From Thecamonas trahens ATCC 50062 (lineage: Eukaryota; Protista; Apusomonadida), in contig NW_013657669.1 in NCBI RefSeq assembly GCF_000142905.1, positions 1 to 64,000 of the forward strand: a DNA stretch of 64,000 nt, given 5' to 3'. The translations under genes were made by a program, and so were the position numbers. Below, piece after piece: positions 18,232 to 29,340 of this stretch. The notes under the pieces are model-generated. The model searched no databases. It had not been told where the DNA came from and worked only from the letters and a program-made list of their open reading frames with translations. Positions within the stretch are counted from its first letter, which is position 1. The number at the start of each line of letters is the position of its first letter.

Positions 18232-20478
18232 ATGTCCATGTCCATGTCAGACGGATGGACAACGCTGTCGTCGACGTCAGACAATGCTCAAGCCCCTGTC
18301 CATACGCCTCCACGTGGTAGCAAGCTCGCAGAGCCCGCCATTCGAGCTCACAAACAGCGTGAGTACCTTGCCAAGCGCCGCCCCTCGCAAGCTACCGTCC
18401 GCCACAAGCCATCGCGCTCATCGCGCGCGTCCAAGCCATCACGCTCGTCACACTCGCCACACTCGCCCACGCCATCCCGCGCATCGCCTTCAAAGCAGTC
18501 TGTCGCGACCAGCAAGCCATCCCGCAGCCGCAAGCAGCGACCGCTCCCTCGCCCGTCGTCACGGTCACGCCGCTCGACTGGTCGCCGTGCAAAGACTAGT
18601 CGCAGCTCTCGTCGCCGTCGCTCGCACAAGCGTCGCTCGCACAAGCGTCGCTCAGACAAACGTCGCCTGGACAAACGCCGCCCTTCACCTGGATCATCGA
18701 TTGCACCGGCTACTCCTGCCACGCCATTGGTTGTCAACTCAACAGACACGCCCGCTACTCCCACGTCGACGACAAAGTACGTGGCAAGCGCCCGTGAGCC
18801 TGTCATCAGTGACCGGGTGGTCGCCAAACTGGCTACTGGACACGTCTTTGGCACTGTTCGCTTTGTCGGTGCCACGCACTTTGAGCCCGGTGTCTGGGTC
18901 GGGCTCGAGACCGACGCGCCAGAACAGGACAAGGGCGATGGCAAGGTTGCGGACATCCGCTACTTTCGTGCGCTTCCCGGCTGCGCCACCTTTGTTCGCC
19001 GCAACCGCGTGACTGTTCTCGAGCGGCTCGCAGACACACCACAGCTCCCAGTCAGCCGCTCGCCTACACGCTCGCCGAGCTCGACCCGCAAAAAGCGCCG
19101 CAAGAAGCGGTCGGCGTCGTCGACCTCGCCTGTCGGCTCGCCTCATCTTCAGCACGTCTCGCGCCTGATGGCCACGATGCGGTCGTCACTGGAGGCGACT
19201 ATCACGGCCCGTATCGAAGCCGAGGTCCGCCGCCGCACCGCCGCCAACCAGCTTCCGCCGCCTCTTGAGTCTAGCGCCCCTCCGTCGTCTGCCACCAGCC
19301 TTGCCTCCATCTTGGCCGAGAACGCCGAGCTCAAGGCCACTGTCCGTGACCAGGACGCTACCATTGTTGCGCTTCGGCGCCAGCTGGCCACGATGCAGGC
19401 CGCGGCGGCTGCGCCTGTTTACGGTTCGCCATCGCCGGCCCGACACACGCCTCCGCCACGTGCCCCGTCACCGCGTCCGCCTTCACCATCGGCTCTGACC
19501 TCACCAGTCTCGTCACTATCCATCTCGCACCCGTCGCCGCTCCCGAATGACGAAGTGCTTGACTTTTCAGGTACCGACCTTGCGTCGCACCTCTCGTTCC
19601 GGCGGCTCGGCACGACAGAGCCGCCGCTCGCCGCCTGGGCAGTCCTTGTAGACGGCGTGCTCACCGCGTATGACGCCAAGCCGCTGGCGGGCGCACCCAG
19701 CCTTCCCGCCGTTCTCTTCTCCCTTCCCGTGAACGACGGGAGCACCGCTGTCAAGGTCATCGGCGAGGCCATCGGCGAGATTAAGTTTGTGCTCAAGAAC
19801 GCTGCGCTTCCCACCCCCTACATTGTCTTTGCAGACAACATCTTGACCCGCGACGCCTGGGTCGACGCCATTGAGAACGCAGGGGCGGCCGACTTTACCA
19901 CACACGCCTTGCCGTCGCGGACGCTGCCGACCGCGCCGTCGCCGGGCACACCCGCAGCACACGACTCCACTGATGGCGCCGACCTTAACGATGACATCTC
20001 GTTTCACTACTCGTACTCGGGTGACGCCACGCCTGTCATGGTCCGCCCTACCACGCCACCCGCAGCCAACGTCTCTGATGATGAAGACCCGTCTTCGATG
20101 GGTGCTCTTCCGCCCGAGCCCGAGGCACGCCTCCGGCCGCCCACCCCAGTCTCGACTACGCTCTTCTCTGACGAGCTCAGCCTCGCGCCCATCGGCAGCG
20201 AGCCAATCCCGTGCACTGTCAAGGCCATTGCCGTCGACTCGGGCGTGGCTGACCTTCCGCTCTCTGCCCATCTCGACATTGCGCCAACCGACGGCAGCCC
20301 GCCCAAGACTGTTTCGCTCACCAGCGACACCATGATCAAGCCGATCGGCATGTTCATTGAGGGCGAGCACAAGGTGCTCATCAAGGCGCCGTCCACCCCA
20401 CCCATCATCCTTCTCACCTCGAATGGCCAGCTCATGACTTCTTTCCTTGCCGTCCTCGGTACCCTCACCAACGCGTAG
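18232..20478 (+). CDS. CAP-Gly + coiled-coil + PH-like domain protein
   Basis: GTVRFVGATHFEPGVWVGLETD...KGDG...RYF...FVR CAP-Gly signature; coiled coil LAENAELKATV; PH-like WAVLVDGVLTAY...RDAWVDAI. Confidence 0.85.
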   Translation: MSMSMSDGWTTLSSTSDNAQAPVHTPPRGSKLAEPAIRAHKQREYLAKRRPSQATVRHKPSRSSRASKPSRSSHSPHSPTPSRASPSKQSVATSKPSRSRKQRPLPRPSSRSRRSTGRRAKTSRSSRRRRSHKRRSHKRRSDKRRLDKRRPSPGSSIAPATPATPLVVNSTDTPATPTSTTKYVASAREPVISDRVVAKLATGHVFGTVRFVGATHFEPGVWVGLETDAPEQDKGDGKVADIRYFRALPGCATFVRRNRVTVLERLADTPQLPVSRSPTRSPSSTRKKRRKKRSASSTSPVGSPHLQHVSRLMATMRSSLEATITARIEAEVRRRTAANQLPPPLESSAPPSSATSLASILAENAELKATVRDQDATIVALRRQLATMQAAAAAPVYGSPSPARHTPPPRAPSPRPPSPSALTSPVSSLSISHPSPLPNDEVLDFSGTDLASHLSFRRLGTTEPPLAAWAVLVDGVLTAYDAKPLAGAPSLPAVLFSLPVNDGSTAVKVIGEAIGEIKFVLKNAALPTPYIVFADNILTRDAWVDAIENAGAADFTTHALPSRTLPTAPSPGTPAAHDSTDGADLNDDISFHYSYSGDATPVMVRPTTPPAANVSDDEDPSSMGALPPEPEARLRPPTPVSTTLFSDELSLAPIGSEPIPCTVKAIAVDSGVADLPLSAHLDIAPTDGSPPKTVSLTSDTMIKPIGMFIEGEHKVLIKAPSTPPIILLTSNGQLMTSFLAVLGTLTNA

Positions 20479-20600
20479 CTTGTAAACCCCAAACACGCTA
20501 CGCTGTCCACCCGCTCTCGCCTGCCGCCCGCCAGCCGACCACCGCCACACCAACCACACACACCCTTACCACTCCACTTCACCCCACCCCACCACCGTCC

Positions 20601-23600
20601 ATGGCTTCTCTCGCAGCACTCAATGCCACCAAAGCCGGCGACCTTGGGCGAGTCTCACAAATCCTTTCTACTCACCCATCTGCAGCAGCAACCAAGGACG
20701 CCAACGGATTGAGCCTCCTCCACTGGGCATCGACCGGGAATGGAGGACATGATCTGGTCACGACACTGCTACAGTATCCTGTGGTGAGGGCGTATGTGTC
20801 TCTACCATCTCGTGCTGGTGTTACTCCTCTTCATCTCGCTGCCGCTTCAAAGCATCCACACTCGCATCTCATCGTCGACGCACTCATCGCTGCTGGCGCC
20901 GACGTCAATGCCCGCAACTCGGACGGCCGTACCCCTCTCCATGCAGCTGCATTTGCAGGTGCGTCTCATGTTGTTGCCCGGCTCATTGCCGCTGGTGCTG
21001 ATGTGCGTGTCCGGGACGCTGATGGTGCCTCTCCCATGGACTGCGCCCTGCGCGGCGGCGTGAAGCAGAGAGATGCTCTCGCTGCCGCGCTCGGTCGCGA
21101 GCTCACGGACGCCGATACTAGTCGCCGGAACGTGCTTGGCGCTGATGCTGGCTCGCCCGAGTTTCGCCTGTGGTCGGCTGCACAGGTTGGTGCCCTTGAC
21201 GTCGTTCGCAGCCTCGTCGAGGTCGAGCATGTCGATTGCGGTGTGGCTGATGCCGACGGCGTCACCGCCATGCACTTTGCCGCCAGCGGCGGCCACGTCG
21301 ATGTCCTCGACTACTTGCTCGGCCATCACGCTACTGTCAATTGCGTCTCACATGCCGGCGTTGTGCCGCTGCACCTCGCCGCCGCCGCCGGCCACCTGCC
21401 GGCAACTCGGCTGCTCCTCGATGCATCGGTCGGTAGCGCCGAGTACGCCAAGAACGCGCCTGATAATCTCGGCAGGACGCCGCTCCATATGGCGGCGTGG
21501 GAGGGCCATTTCGACGTTGTTGCCGCCCTTCTCGATGCTGACGTCCGCATCGACATTGCTACCCACCGCGGCAACTCGGTCCTCCACATGGCGGCAGCGC
21601 CATCGCCGACCAAGCCCAAGGCTGCCCTAGTCCAGCTCCTGCTCGATGCCGGCCTCCTCGCAGACGTGCCGAATCTTGCTGGCCAGACTCCAGCTGACCT
21701 TGCCGCGCTAGAGGCCGAGTCGATCTCGCTCTTGCTGGCGCCCGAGTCGGGTGCAGTTCGACTCGGCTCGAGCGTAGGTACTTCGTCGGCGCTTGACGCT
21801 GCCCGGGCTGGCGATACTCTCGCCTTCAAGACCTGCCTGGCGTCAGCGCCAACAGCCAACGACCGTACACTGGCGCTCGCCGCCGTCGATGCCGCCGGCT
21901 TCACTGCGCTCCATTGGGCGGCGTACTTTGGTCACACTGACATCGTGACCGAGGCTCTTGCACACGGCGCGTCGACCGCCGCCCGCGCCCACGACGGCCG
22001 CACTGCGCTCAGCCTCGCTGCTGCCGAGGGCCGCACACAAGTGGTTGACCTTTTGCTGCAGGCCGGTGCCTCCGTGAGCGATGCCGACAACGACGGCCGC
22101 ACCCCGCTCCACGCTGCTACTGCTCATCTACACGTTCCATCCGTCGCCGCGCTAATGGCGGCTGGTGCCAACCCGAGCACCACCGACCGGACTTTGGCCA
22201 CTCCTCTGAGCTACTTGCACTCGCGCGTCTCGGCCATGCTCAAACTCCTCGCGCCCAAACTCGAGGGCTCGGGCGCTGTTGCACTGCGAGCCGCAGTCGA
22301 TGCCGGCGAGCTCGCAACCTTTGTCGCCCTCCTCGATGCGGGCGTCTCGCCCAATGTTCGTGCGCCCGACGGCTCAGCGCCGATCCACTGGGTTGTCACC
22401 GCCCGGATGGCTGCCCCATCGCTCACACACCGTGCCGCTGCCGCTGGCATGCTTGATGCGCTGCTAGCCCAGGACGGAGTCGCCGTCGACGCGCCCGACA
22501 ACGCACGGTGGACCGCGCTGATGTGGGCCGCCGGTGGAGGCCTCGACTCTTTCGTCCACTCCCTCCTCGCTGCTGGTGCCTTTCCTGACGCAGTCAACTC
22601 CGACGGGCGGACAGCTCTCCATCTGGCGGTCTTTGAGTCGCAGACCCGGGCGGTCGCCGCTCTGCTTGACGCCGGCGCGTCACCAAACACCCGTGATGCA
22701 CTCGGCAACACGCCGGATCAATACGCCAAGCGCCCAGATGTTCAAGCGCTGCTGAGCAGGTCCCAAGTCTCGTACACTGCCGCTGCTGCTGCCGCGGACG
22801 CTGCGCCCACCGACGAGATCCACGCCGCTCTCCGGCGTGCCGCTGCTGAAGGACGCGCCGATGTTGTCAAGCGTGCTCTTGACACCAACGGCCTCGGCGC
22901 TGATCCCAACGCACCTGACGAAGAGGGCGTCACCGCCCTCCACTGGGCGGCCGAAATGGGCCATGCCAATGTGGCTGCTCTCCTCCTCGCACATCCTGCC
23001 ATTGCGCCCAACGCTACCACTGCACACGGCGCTACCCCACTGCACTGGGCAGTCGACGGTGGCGCCCGCGACGTGGTCCTGGCCCTTCTTGCCCAGCCAG
23101 CCATCGAGGTCTCGCCGCGGCTGGCGTCGACCGGGGCCACCCCGCTCCACGCTGCCGTCCGCGCCGGCATGGAGGCCATCTCCACGGACCTCGTCCGTGC
23201 CGGTGCTGATGTCGCCGCGCGTGATAGCCAGGGCGACACTCCGTTACATGCCGCTGTGGAGCTCGGGTCGGTGCCTCTCGTAAGACTGCTGCTCGAGGCC
23301 GGTGCGCCCGCAACTGCCGCCGGCCATGGCGGGCTCACCCCTCTCCACCTCGCGGTCGGTCGCAACCGTGACGCCATCGTAGCTATGCTCCTCTCGGGCG
23401 GCCGTATATGCGAACGTGACATCAACGCGTCTGACGAGACAGGCGCCACGCCGCTGCACTACGCACTTGTCGGCCTCCTCGCCGGTCGCAACAACGAGGA
23501 CGAGATCGAAGTCCTCCTCTCGCTTGGAGCTGATGTCCACGCACGCTGTGACGCGCCGCCGGGCGTCGGCACAGCCCTTCACTTTGCCGCCCTTGACAAT

Positions 23601-24089
23601 CACGTCCCCATCGCATCGGCGCTCCTTGGCCTAGGCGCAGACGTCAACGCCCGCAACATGCACGGTCTCACCCCGCTGCACTACGTCGCCGACAACGGCC
23701 ACCTCGAAATGGCCGCGGTGCTCCTCGCCTCCGGCGCAGACATCCACGCCCCGTCCAACACGGGTGAGTCGCCTCTCGAGTGGGCCGCTGACAATGCACA
23801 CCTCCACGCACTACTCTCCAGTGGCTCGCCGCCCGTTCCTGCGTCGACCCTCTCTTCCATGACCCCGGCATCGTCGTCGTCGGCGGCCGCGTCGTCGTCA
23901 TCGTCGTCGTCGCCTTCCTCATCCTCGCCGCCGCCGACCGCCTCATCATCATCGCATGGCTTTTCCCTCGCTGTCTCATCAACCTCATCCTGCACGCCTC
24001 TACGCCCACGACACCGTCGCTTGCGCCGCCGCCGCCGCGTCCGTCGCCGCAAGCCAGCCACCGTGCCGTCGTTCTCGTACGAAGACTAG
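20601..24089 (+). CDS. Large ankyrin-repeat protein, 1162 aa
   Basis: More than 20 GxT[PA]LHxA repeats; Ser-rich then Arg-rich C-terminus. Confidence 0.92.
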   Translation: MASLAALNATKAGDLGRVSQILSTHPSAAATKDANGLSLLHWASTGNGGHDLVTTLLQYPVVRAYVSLPSRAGVTPLHLAAASKHPHSHLIVDALIAAGADVNARNSDGRTPLHAAAFAGASHVVARLIAAGADVRVRDADGASPMDCALRGGVKQRDALAAALGRELTDADTSRRNVLGADAGSPEFRLWSAAQVGALDVVRSLVEVEHVDCGVADADGVTAMHFAASGGHVDVLDYLLGHHATVNCVSHAGVVPLHLAAAAGHLPATRLLLDASVGSAEYAKNAPDNLGRTPLHMAAWEGHFDVVAALLDADVRIDIATHRGNSVLHMAAAPSPTKPKAALVQLLLDAGLLADVPNLAGQTPADLAALEAESISLLLAPESGAVRLGSSVGTSSALDAARAGDTLAFKTCLASAPTANDRTLALAAVDAAGFTALHWAAYFGHTDIVTEALAHGASTAARAHDGRTALSLAAAEGRTQVVDLLLQAGASVSDADNDGRTPLHAATAHLHVPSVAALMAAGANPSTTDRTLATPLSYLHSRVSAMLKLLAPKLEGSGAVALRAAVDAGELATFVALLDAGVSPNVRAPDGSAPIHWVVTARMAAPSLTHRAAAAGMLDALLAQDGVAVDAPDNARWTALMWAAGGGLDSFVHSLLAAGAFPDAVNSDGRTALHLAVFESQTRAVAALLDAGASPNTRDALGNTPDQYAKRPDVQALLSRSQVSYTAAAAAADAAPTDEIHAALRRAAAEGRADVVKRALDTNGLGADPNAPDEEGVTALHWAAEMGHANVAALLLAHPAIAPNATTAHGATPLHWAVDGGARDVVLALLAQPAIEVSPRLASTGATPLHAAVRAGMEAISTDLVRAGADVAARDSQGDTPLHAAVELGSVPLVRLLLEAGAPATAAGHGGLTPLHLAVGRNRDAIVAMLLSGGRICERDINASDETGATPLHYALVGLLAGRNNEDEIEVLLSLGADVHARCDAPPGVGTALHFAALDNHVPIASALLGLGADVNARNMHGLTPLHYVADNGHLEMAAVLLASGADIHAPSNTGESPLEWAADNAHLHALLSSGSPPVPASTLSSMTPASSSSAAASSSSSSSPSSSSPPPTASSSSHGFSLAVSSTSSCTPLRPRHRRLRRRRRVRRRKPATVPSFSYED

Positions 24090-24297
24090 TCAGCATGACA
24101 GCTTGTGCTTCTTGACCCTTCAAAATATTTGGTCTCCTAACGTTTGCAGTCGCCGTGACGCGTGATGTCATTCACCCGTCACGCCGGAAACTTGCAACAC
24201 CACCGCCCGACACCACCCTCCCCCCCCCCCCCCCACATCCCACTGGCTCGCACCTCATCGACAACCACTCCACCCCTCCACACGAGCGTTAGACGAC

Positions 24298-25437
24298 ATG
24301 TTCTACTACGCTGCATCTGGGTATGGATGGAGAAACATGCACATGGCCAACGCCACGCCGTCGCATTGGTCGTCGCACGCGAGTCGCCGAAACCGCGGCA
24401 GCCTCAGGGGCTCCTCCGCATCAGTTGCCGCTCCCGGCCACGGCTACGGGTACAGCTATGGATCTGCCCGGTATCACCCTCAACAACATCATCATTCGAA
24501 TCATGTTGCGCATCAGATGCAGGCCTACCAGACTCTGCCCCACATCATGCCGTATGGAGGTATGGGTGGATACGGCAGCTCCTTCCTCCGCTCCGCCAGG
24601 AGTCCGCAGGTCATCGGGTATGTCGTCGATGGTGGCGAGACTGGGTCGGACGCCGCCGTCTTCTCGCCGAGATTTGTCAATCCCGACAAGAGCGTTTACT
24701 CGGGACTGTACGAGGGTGGACCGATGCCCAAGTCAGGATCGGGCTCGATCCGTGGGGCAGTCGATGCCTCGCCGGGCGTCTTTCCCTACGCCTTTGGCGA
24801 AGACGCGTCCGAGCCGGTGGTCATCTCCATCGAGCGGCGGCCGACGCTTGATGGCGAGAATCATGTGGCCGGTGTTATCTGGAACGCCGCCCGTGCTCTC
24901 TGCGAGTACATGGTGACCGACATGGGCAGCGCCGCTTTCGAAGGCAAGTCGGTGCTCGAGATTGGCTCCGGCACCGGGCTGACCGGCATGGTGGCGGCGG
25001 CGCTCGGCGCAACCGTCGTGCTCACCGACCAGGAGCCGGCCATCGCAATGCTACGTGACCAGATTGCTCTCAACAAGCTCCAAAATCGCGTGAGCGCCGC
25101 CCAGCTCGACTGGGGCCCGGACGGCGACAACCAGCTCGCTGCTCTCGGTGACTTTGACCTCATCCTCGGCACAGATGTGACGTACACAGCGCTCAAAGAG
25201 CTGCAGCACACGCTGCTGGCGCTGACCAGCGGGCCGACTCCGCCGCAGCTGCTCTTTTGCCACGAGCGCCGCTGGCCGGGCACCGACGCGTACTTTGAGA
25301 AGCTCATGGCGCCGCACTTTGACTACACTCCTGTCCACGCCACTTCGTTTGAGGACTCGGGCGAGATCGTGGTCTTCACCCTCACGCGCAAGGCGGGCGC
25401 AGACATGGTGGCCGGCGACGAGGCCGGCGACGAGTAA
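24298..25437 (+). CDS. METTL21/EEF1AKMT-like protein lysine methyltransferase (Methyltransf_16)
   Basis: AGVIWNAARAL, VLEIGSGTGLTG, VLTDQ, LDWG, DLILGTDVTY. Confidence 0.88.
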   Translation: MFYYAASGYGWRNMHMANATPSHWSSHASRRNRGSLRGSSASVAAPGHGYGYSYGSARYHPQQHHHSNHVAHQMQAYQTLPHIMPYGGMGGYGSSFLRSARSPQVIGYVVDGGETGSDAAVFSPRFVNPDKSVYSGLYEGGPMPKSGSGSIRGAVDASPGVFPYAFGEDASEPVVISIERRPTLDGENHVAGVIWNAARALCEYMVTDMGSAAFEGKSVLEIGSGTGLTGMVAAALGATVVLTDQEPAIAMLRDQIALNKLQNRVSAAQLDWGPDGDNQLAALGDFDLILGTDVTYTALKELQHTLLALTSGPTPPQLLFCHERRWPGTDAYFEKLMAPHFDYTPVHATSFEDSGEIVVFTLTRKAGADMVAGDEAGDE

Positions 25438-25533
25438 ACAGCAAGCGGCGCAACATTTACAGGCAAACGCGCGGATGGGGAAAACGCAGCGACTGCTCCT
25501 GCGCTACCCGCAGAGCGCACACCGCTCGTCATC

Positions 25534-26613
25534 TTACTGGCACGGCTCGATGGTCTGGATCGACGAGTTAAAAGCGGCAAAGAGCGACGGCGAGTTGTGG
25601 CAGAGCGTTCCGCCGCCGCGAACCCGCTGGCCGTGCTGCCGGTTGATGCCGCCAATGCAAACAAACTGATCGGTGACGGTGACGGCCCACTTGGAGTGGT
25701 CCTGGGTCTCCTTCCACATGATCTCGCCGCCAGACGGCGTGCCGACAGCCATGGTGGCGATGTTGTACACGTTGTACGGGTACTGTGGGCGGCAGTAGGT
25801 CGGGAGCTTGCCCACGCCGTTCTGCCAGCTCTCCACGTACAGGTCCGAGCCGAGAGTCGGCGCCACGAGATCCTCGTACAGATCCATGTCCCATTGGCGG
25901 TTCTTGGAAAAGGCAGTAAACTGGGCGCCGCCGACCGAGGTCATGGTCTTGACAACGTAGCCGGCAGTCGAGTTGTAGTCGCCGGCAATGACAGCAGCGA
26001 TGTTCGGCAGGTTGAACGACGACGGGAGGTTCGAGTCGTAAACGTTCGGCCGAGACATGTAGAGCAGGGCACCAACATCGTTGATCGAGCTGAGCGAGAA
26101 CGAGATGCAGAGGAAGCTCTGCCCGTACTTGTCCTCGTTTGCGGGGAAGCCCTCGTAGCCATCGGCGTACGTGTTGGGGAAACGCGGGACCGAGTGAATG
26201 AGCCAAAAGCCTCCATCGCCATCAAACGCCACCACGCCCTTCTGGTGAGCCTTGGTACCCGACTTGGCGCCTGATGGCGTCTCATCGTTGAACATCATGT
26301 AGCCGACAGAGTTCTGCGACGAGCCATAGACCTGGGCCAGTGTCGACCAAAGCGATGACGACTTGTCGGTAGCCAGCGACTCGCCGGTGAGAACCAGCGA
26401 CTTTGCATTCATCACAGCATCCGTGTAGGCGTATGCCGTTCCCGTCGCCACGTTGGGATCGTTGGAAGCAGACTCGATGGGTGTCTTCACCGCTGCCCAC
26501 CAGTCCACCGCATTGCCGCCCTCGCCCATGCACTGAAGCCGTCCGTACGCGCTCTTGCTCACAAGCACAAGTGCAAGTGCCATAGCAACCACCGCCACCC
26601 TAGTTGTCTTCAT
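25534..26613 (-). CDS. DNASE2: Deoxyribonuclease II (secreted/lysosomal)
   Basis: Signal peptide; VDWW, AHQKG, FWLIHSVPRFP, YGQSFLC, DHSKWAV, CIGGINR...RGGGTLC. Confidence 0.93.
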   Translation of the reverse strand: MKTTRVAVVAMALALVLVSKSAYGRLQCMGEGGNAVDWWAAVKTPIESASNDPNVATGTAYAYTDAVMNAKSLVLTGESLATDKSSSLWSTLAQVYGSSQNSVGYMMFNDETPSGAKSGTKAHQKGVVAFDGDGGFWLIHSVPRFPNTYADGYEGFPANEDKYGQSFLCISFSLSSINDVGALLYMSRPNVYDSNLPSSFNLPNIAAVIAGDYNSTAGYVVKTMTSVGGAQFTAFSKNRQWDMDLYEDLVAPTLGSDLYVESWQNGVGKLPTYCRPQYPYNVYNIATMAVGTPSGGEIMWKETQDHSKWAVTVTDQFVCIGGINRQHGQRVRGGGTLCHNSPSLFAAFNSSIQTIEPCQ

Positions 26614-26793
26614 ACTTGCCAGAGTCACGTGTCAGTGGGTGCCGTCTCTGCGTCCTTGGAAGTGTCCGTGGGAAGCCCCCCCCCCCCCCCCTCCCCGCTC
26701 GTGACCGACACGGCTCCCGAGGCTCACGATGTTGCGGAGCGATGACTGCAGTGCTGGGTGCGAGTCATCGCCATCGCTCTCGGCTTGCACATT

Positions 26794-29048
26794 TCAATCA
26801 ATGTCATTCTCGAATCCTCCACTTGCCCCTTCGTCTCCTCTTCCTCGGCCGTGCCATCCGCGCCCCCGCCCATGCCAGCCGCGACCACGCCCATGCCAGC
26901 CGTGTCCGTGACCGTGCCCGTGACCGTGCCCATACCCGTGCCCGTGACCGTGCCCGTGACCGTGACCGTGCCCATGCCCGTACCCATGGCTATGAATCCA
27001 CTCGTGGATCGCCTCGCCCCATCCTTCCCAGCTACTTGCTTGCCAGCCTCGATCGCCTCCACCGCCACGGCCACAGCCACGACCCCGGCCTCGGCCTCGG
27101 CCCCGGCGGCGACCCCGTCCGCCACGCGATCGACTCCGGTCGCTCCGCCGCCCATTGTCGCTGGACGATGCCGCGCTAGGTCCCTCGCTGCAATCGTCCG
27201 CCCAGTGCTCGTCGACTCTTGAGCACCACTGGCACACGTAGCCGCCCGACGGAACTGCAGCTTTGGGTTGCGGACAGAGCTTCGCCCAGTGCGAATCCTC
27301 GCCTCCGCCATGCGTTCCGCAATTGAAGCACGTGTAGCCCCGACCAGGCTTCTTCCCGCGCTGTCGTCGCTCTCCGTGTCTCCTCTCGCCTGCACCAGCG
27401 GCAGGATCGACCAGCGACGACGGTGAGGGCACAGGCCCAGGCCCACCCTCGCCCACAGCCCGGAGCTTGATCGAGTCGACCCGCTCGACGGCACCGACGT
27501 TGAGTGCGTCATCCACAAACAGCCGATTCCGCGCGATGGAGTGTACCACATCGGGCTGCTCGCCCGCCAGTGCCGTCCGCACGTCGGTGATCGACACCGC
27601 TTCGCCACCACCAACACGCCGCACCACGCTCGCCACAAGCTCGGCGTTGCCAACACGGTCCGACGGTGCGTGAACCACAGCAGCCTCGCCCATCTCGGTC
27701 AGCGCAAAACTTGGCGGGCTCGCCTCCGCCACGCGCACCAGCCATCGCAGCTCCTGTGCATCGCCCAGCAGCAGGCCCAGCCGCGACTCGTCAGCAGCCA
27801 CAGCAGGAAACGCCGCCACAAACGCAGAGACAAGCTCGTCGTCGCGCACTGTCCGTAGCCGCGTCGTCGCATGTTCGCCGGCCCGCGCCGCGCTCGCTGC
27901 CACAGCCATGAACTCGCGCACAGAACACGTTCCAGCACGTGCCGCAGGCAAGCCCAGCTCCAGTGGGTCAAACGCGTTGAGCACCTCCACCTCGCGCTTG
28001 TACCAGCTCCGCATCAGGTGAGCCAGTGAGTACACAAATCCGTCGTTCGAGACTAGTGTAAACCTGGCATCGCTCGACTGGAACCGTAGCGCAAGTTGCG
28101 TAGCCGCTGCTGTCATCTCTGTGTCAGCCGCGTCCTTGCTGATGATCCGCGTCGGGAGCGGGACAACCCAGCTCGGGACCCGCGGCTTCCGCCTCCCGCC
28201 CCACACCTCGCGCTCCCACAGCGGCCGTACACGATGTGTCTCCCACAGCGTGTGTCCCATAAATAGCACCACAAACGTCGAGCTACGCTCGTACACCTCG
28301 CGGTTGAGTAGCTGGTCGATCATGTAGCGATGGTGGTCTGCGTCCACAAGCACAACTCGCCGAGCTCTGCTCCGCTTGATCAACTTGAGCACCAGTGGCC
28401 ACTCCACCACATAGTCGGCCCGTGGCTGCAGGCCCGCGCCGCGCCCGTCGCATGGGCTGCCGCTTCTGCCGCTCTTTCCGATGCAGGCCCGCCGCCAAAC
28501 GCGATCTTACCGCACAGGCCCCGCCGCCCGCGTCGCAGCGGATACCCGGCCACATCCTCCGCCAGATCAAGCTTCGGCAAGCCCACTGCCGCCGCGCCGG
28601 CTTCAATTGCCCGGAGCATGCTGCACTTGCTCACGTTGTTGTCGTCGACAAAGAACGCCCCATGGTCATCGCTCCCACAGAGATAGCAAGCATGCCGATA
28701 CGTGCATCGATCACCGCCCGTGCAGCCGTGACCAGCCGTGTGGTTGAATCGCATGCAGATGCCATCACCAGCAGCAACAATGAGCGGGAGCGCCCACTTG
28801 GGCAACCGTAGCGCCTTCTCCTTCCATGCCATCGCCGTGCCGTACGCCACAGCCACCTCCGTCGCACGCCAGCTCTCCACCCACCTCGCCAGCTGTCCAC
28901 GATGCTCAGCAGCCACAGTAGCCACCAGCTCGTCCGCATCCACTCGCGACACACCCTCACCATCTGCCATATCACCACGTGCAGCGTCTCTGCCTTCCTC
29001 CTCGTGCACTTCGCTCGGCGTGTACGGGGGTGGCGGCTGAGAAGACAT
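26794..29048 (-). CDS. Zinc-finger (CCCH, CCHC) + PIN/NYN-like + Arg/Gly- and His-Gly-rich protein; two overlapping ORFs probably joined by a 1-nt frameshift near 28490
   Basis: CMRFN..GCTGGDRCTYRH, CYLCGSDDH; VLVDAD, KDAADTEM, LVSNDGF acidic motifs; CFNCG..HWAKLCP, CQWCSRVDEHWADDC; (GH)n and RG repeats. Confidence 0.65.
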
Positions 29049-29340
29049 TCACGAGCCGAACGCTGGACGAACGGCGGCTCAAATTGCGAGTCGAGTGACC
29101 GGGTACCAAAGCGCCCCCGCCGACGCACACTCATTCCGGCCCCCGGCCCCACCCTACTCGCTCTAGCTCGCCTACATCCTCATCCCCGACCCCGACACCC
29201 TACATCACACGGCCATCACATTCCATACTACTCATACATCAGCCATGAGCATTGTCGATTGCCCCAGCCCCATCCTCGCGCTCTCTGCTCGCTCTGCCTC
29301 GACGGCCATGAACCACTCCCATCAGCTATTATTCTAAACA

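Noticed and set aside
28420-28510. Intron starting at GTAAGA (28510) joining the two zinc-finger/PIN ORFs
   Set aside because: None of the nearby AG acceptors I tested restores the downstream frame.
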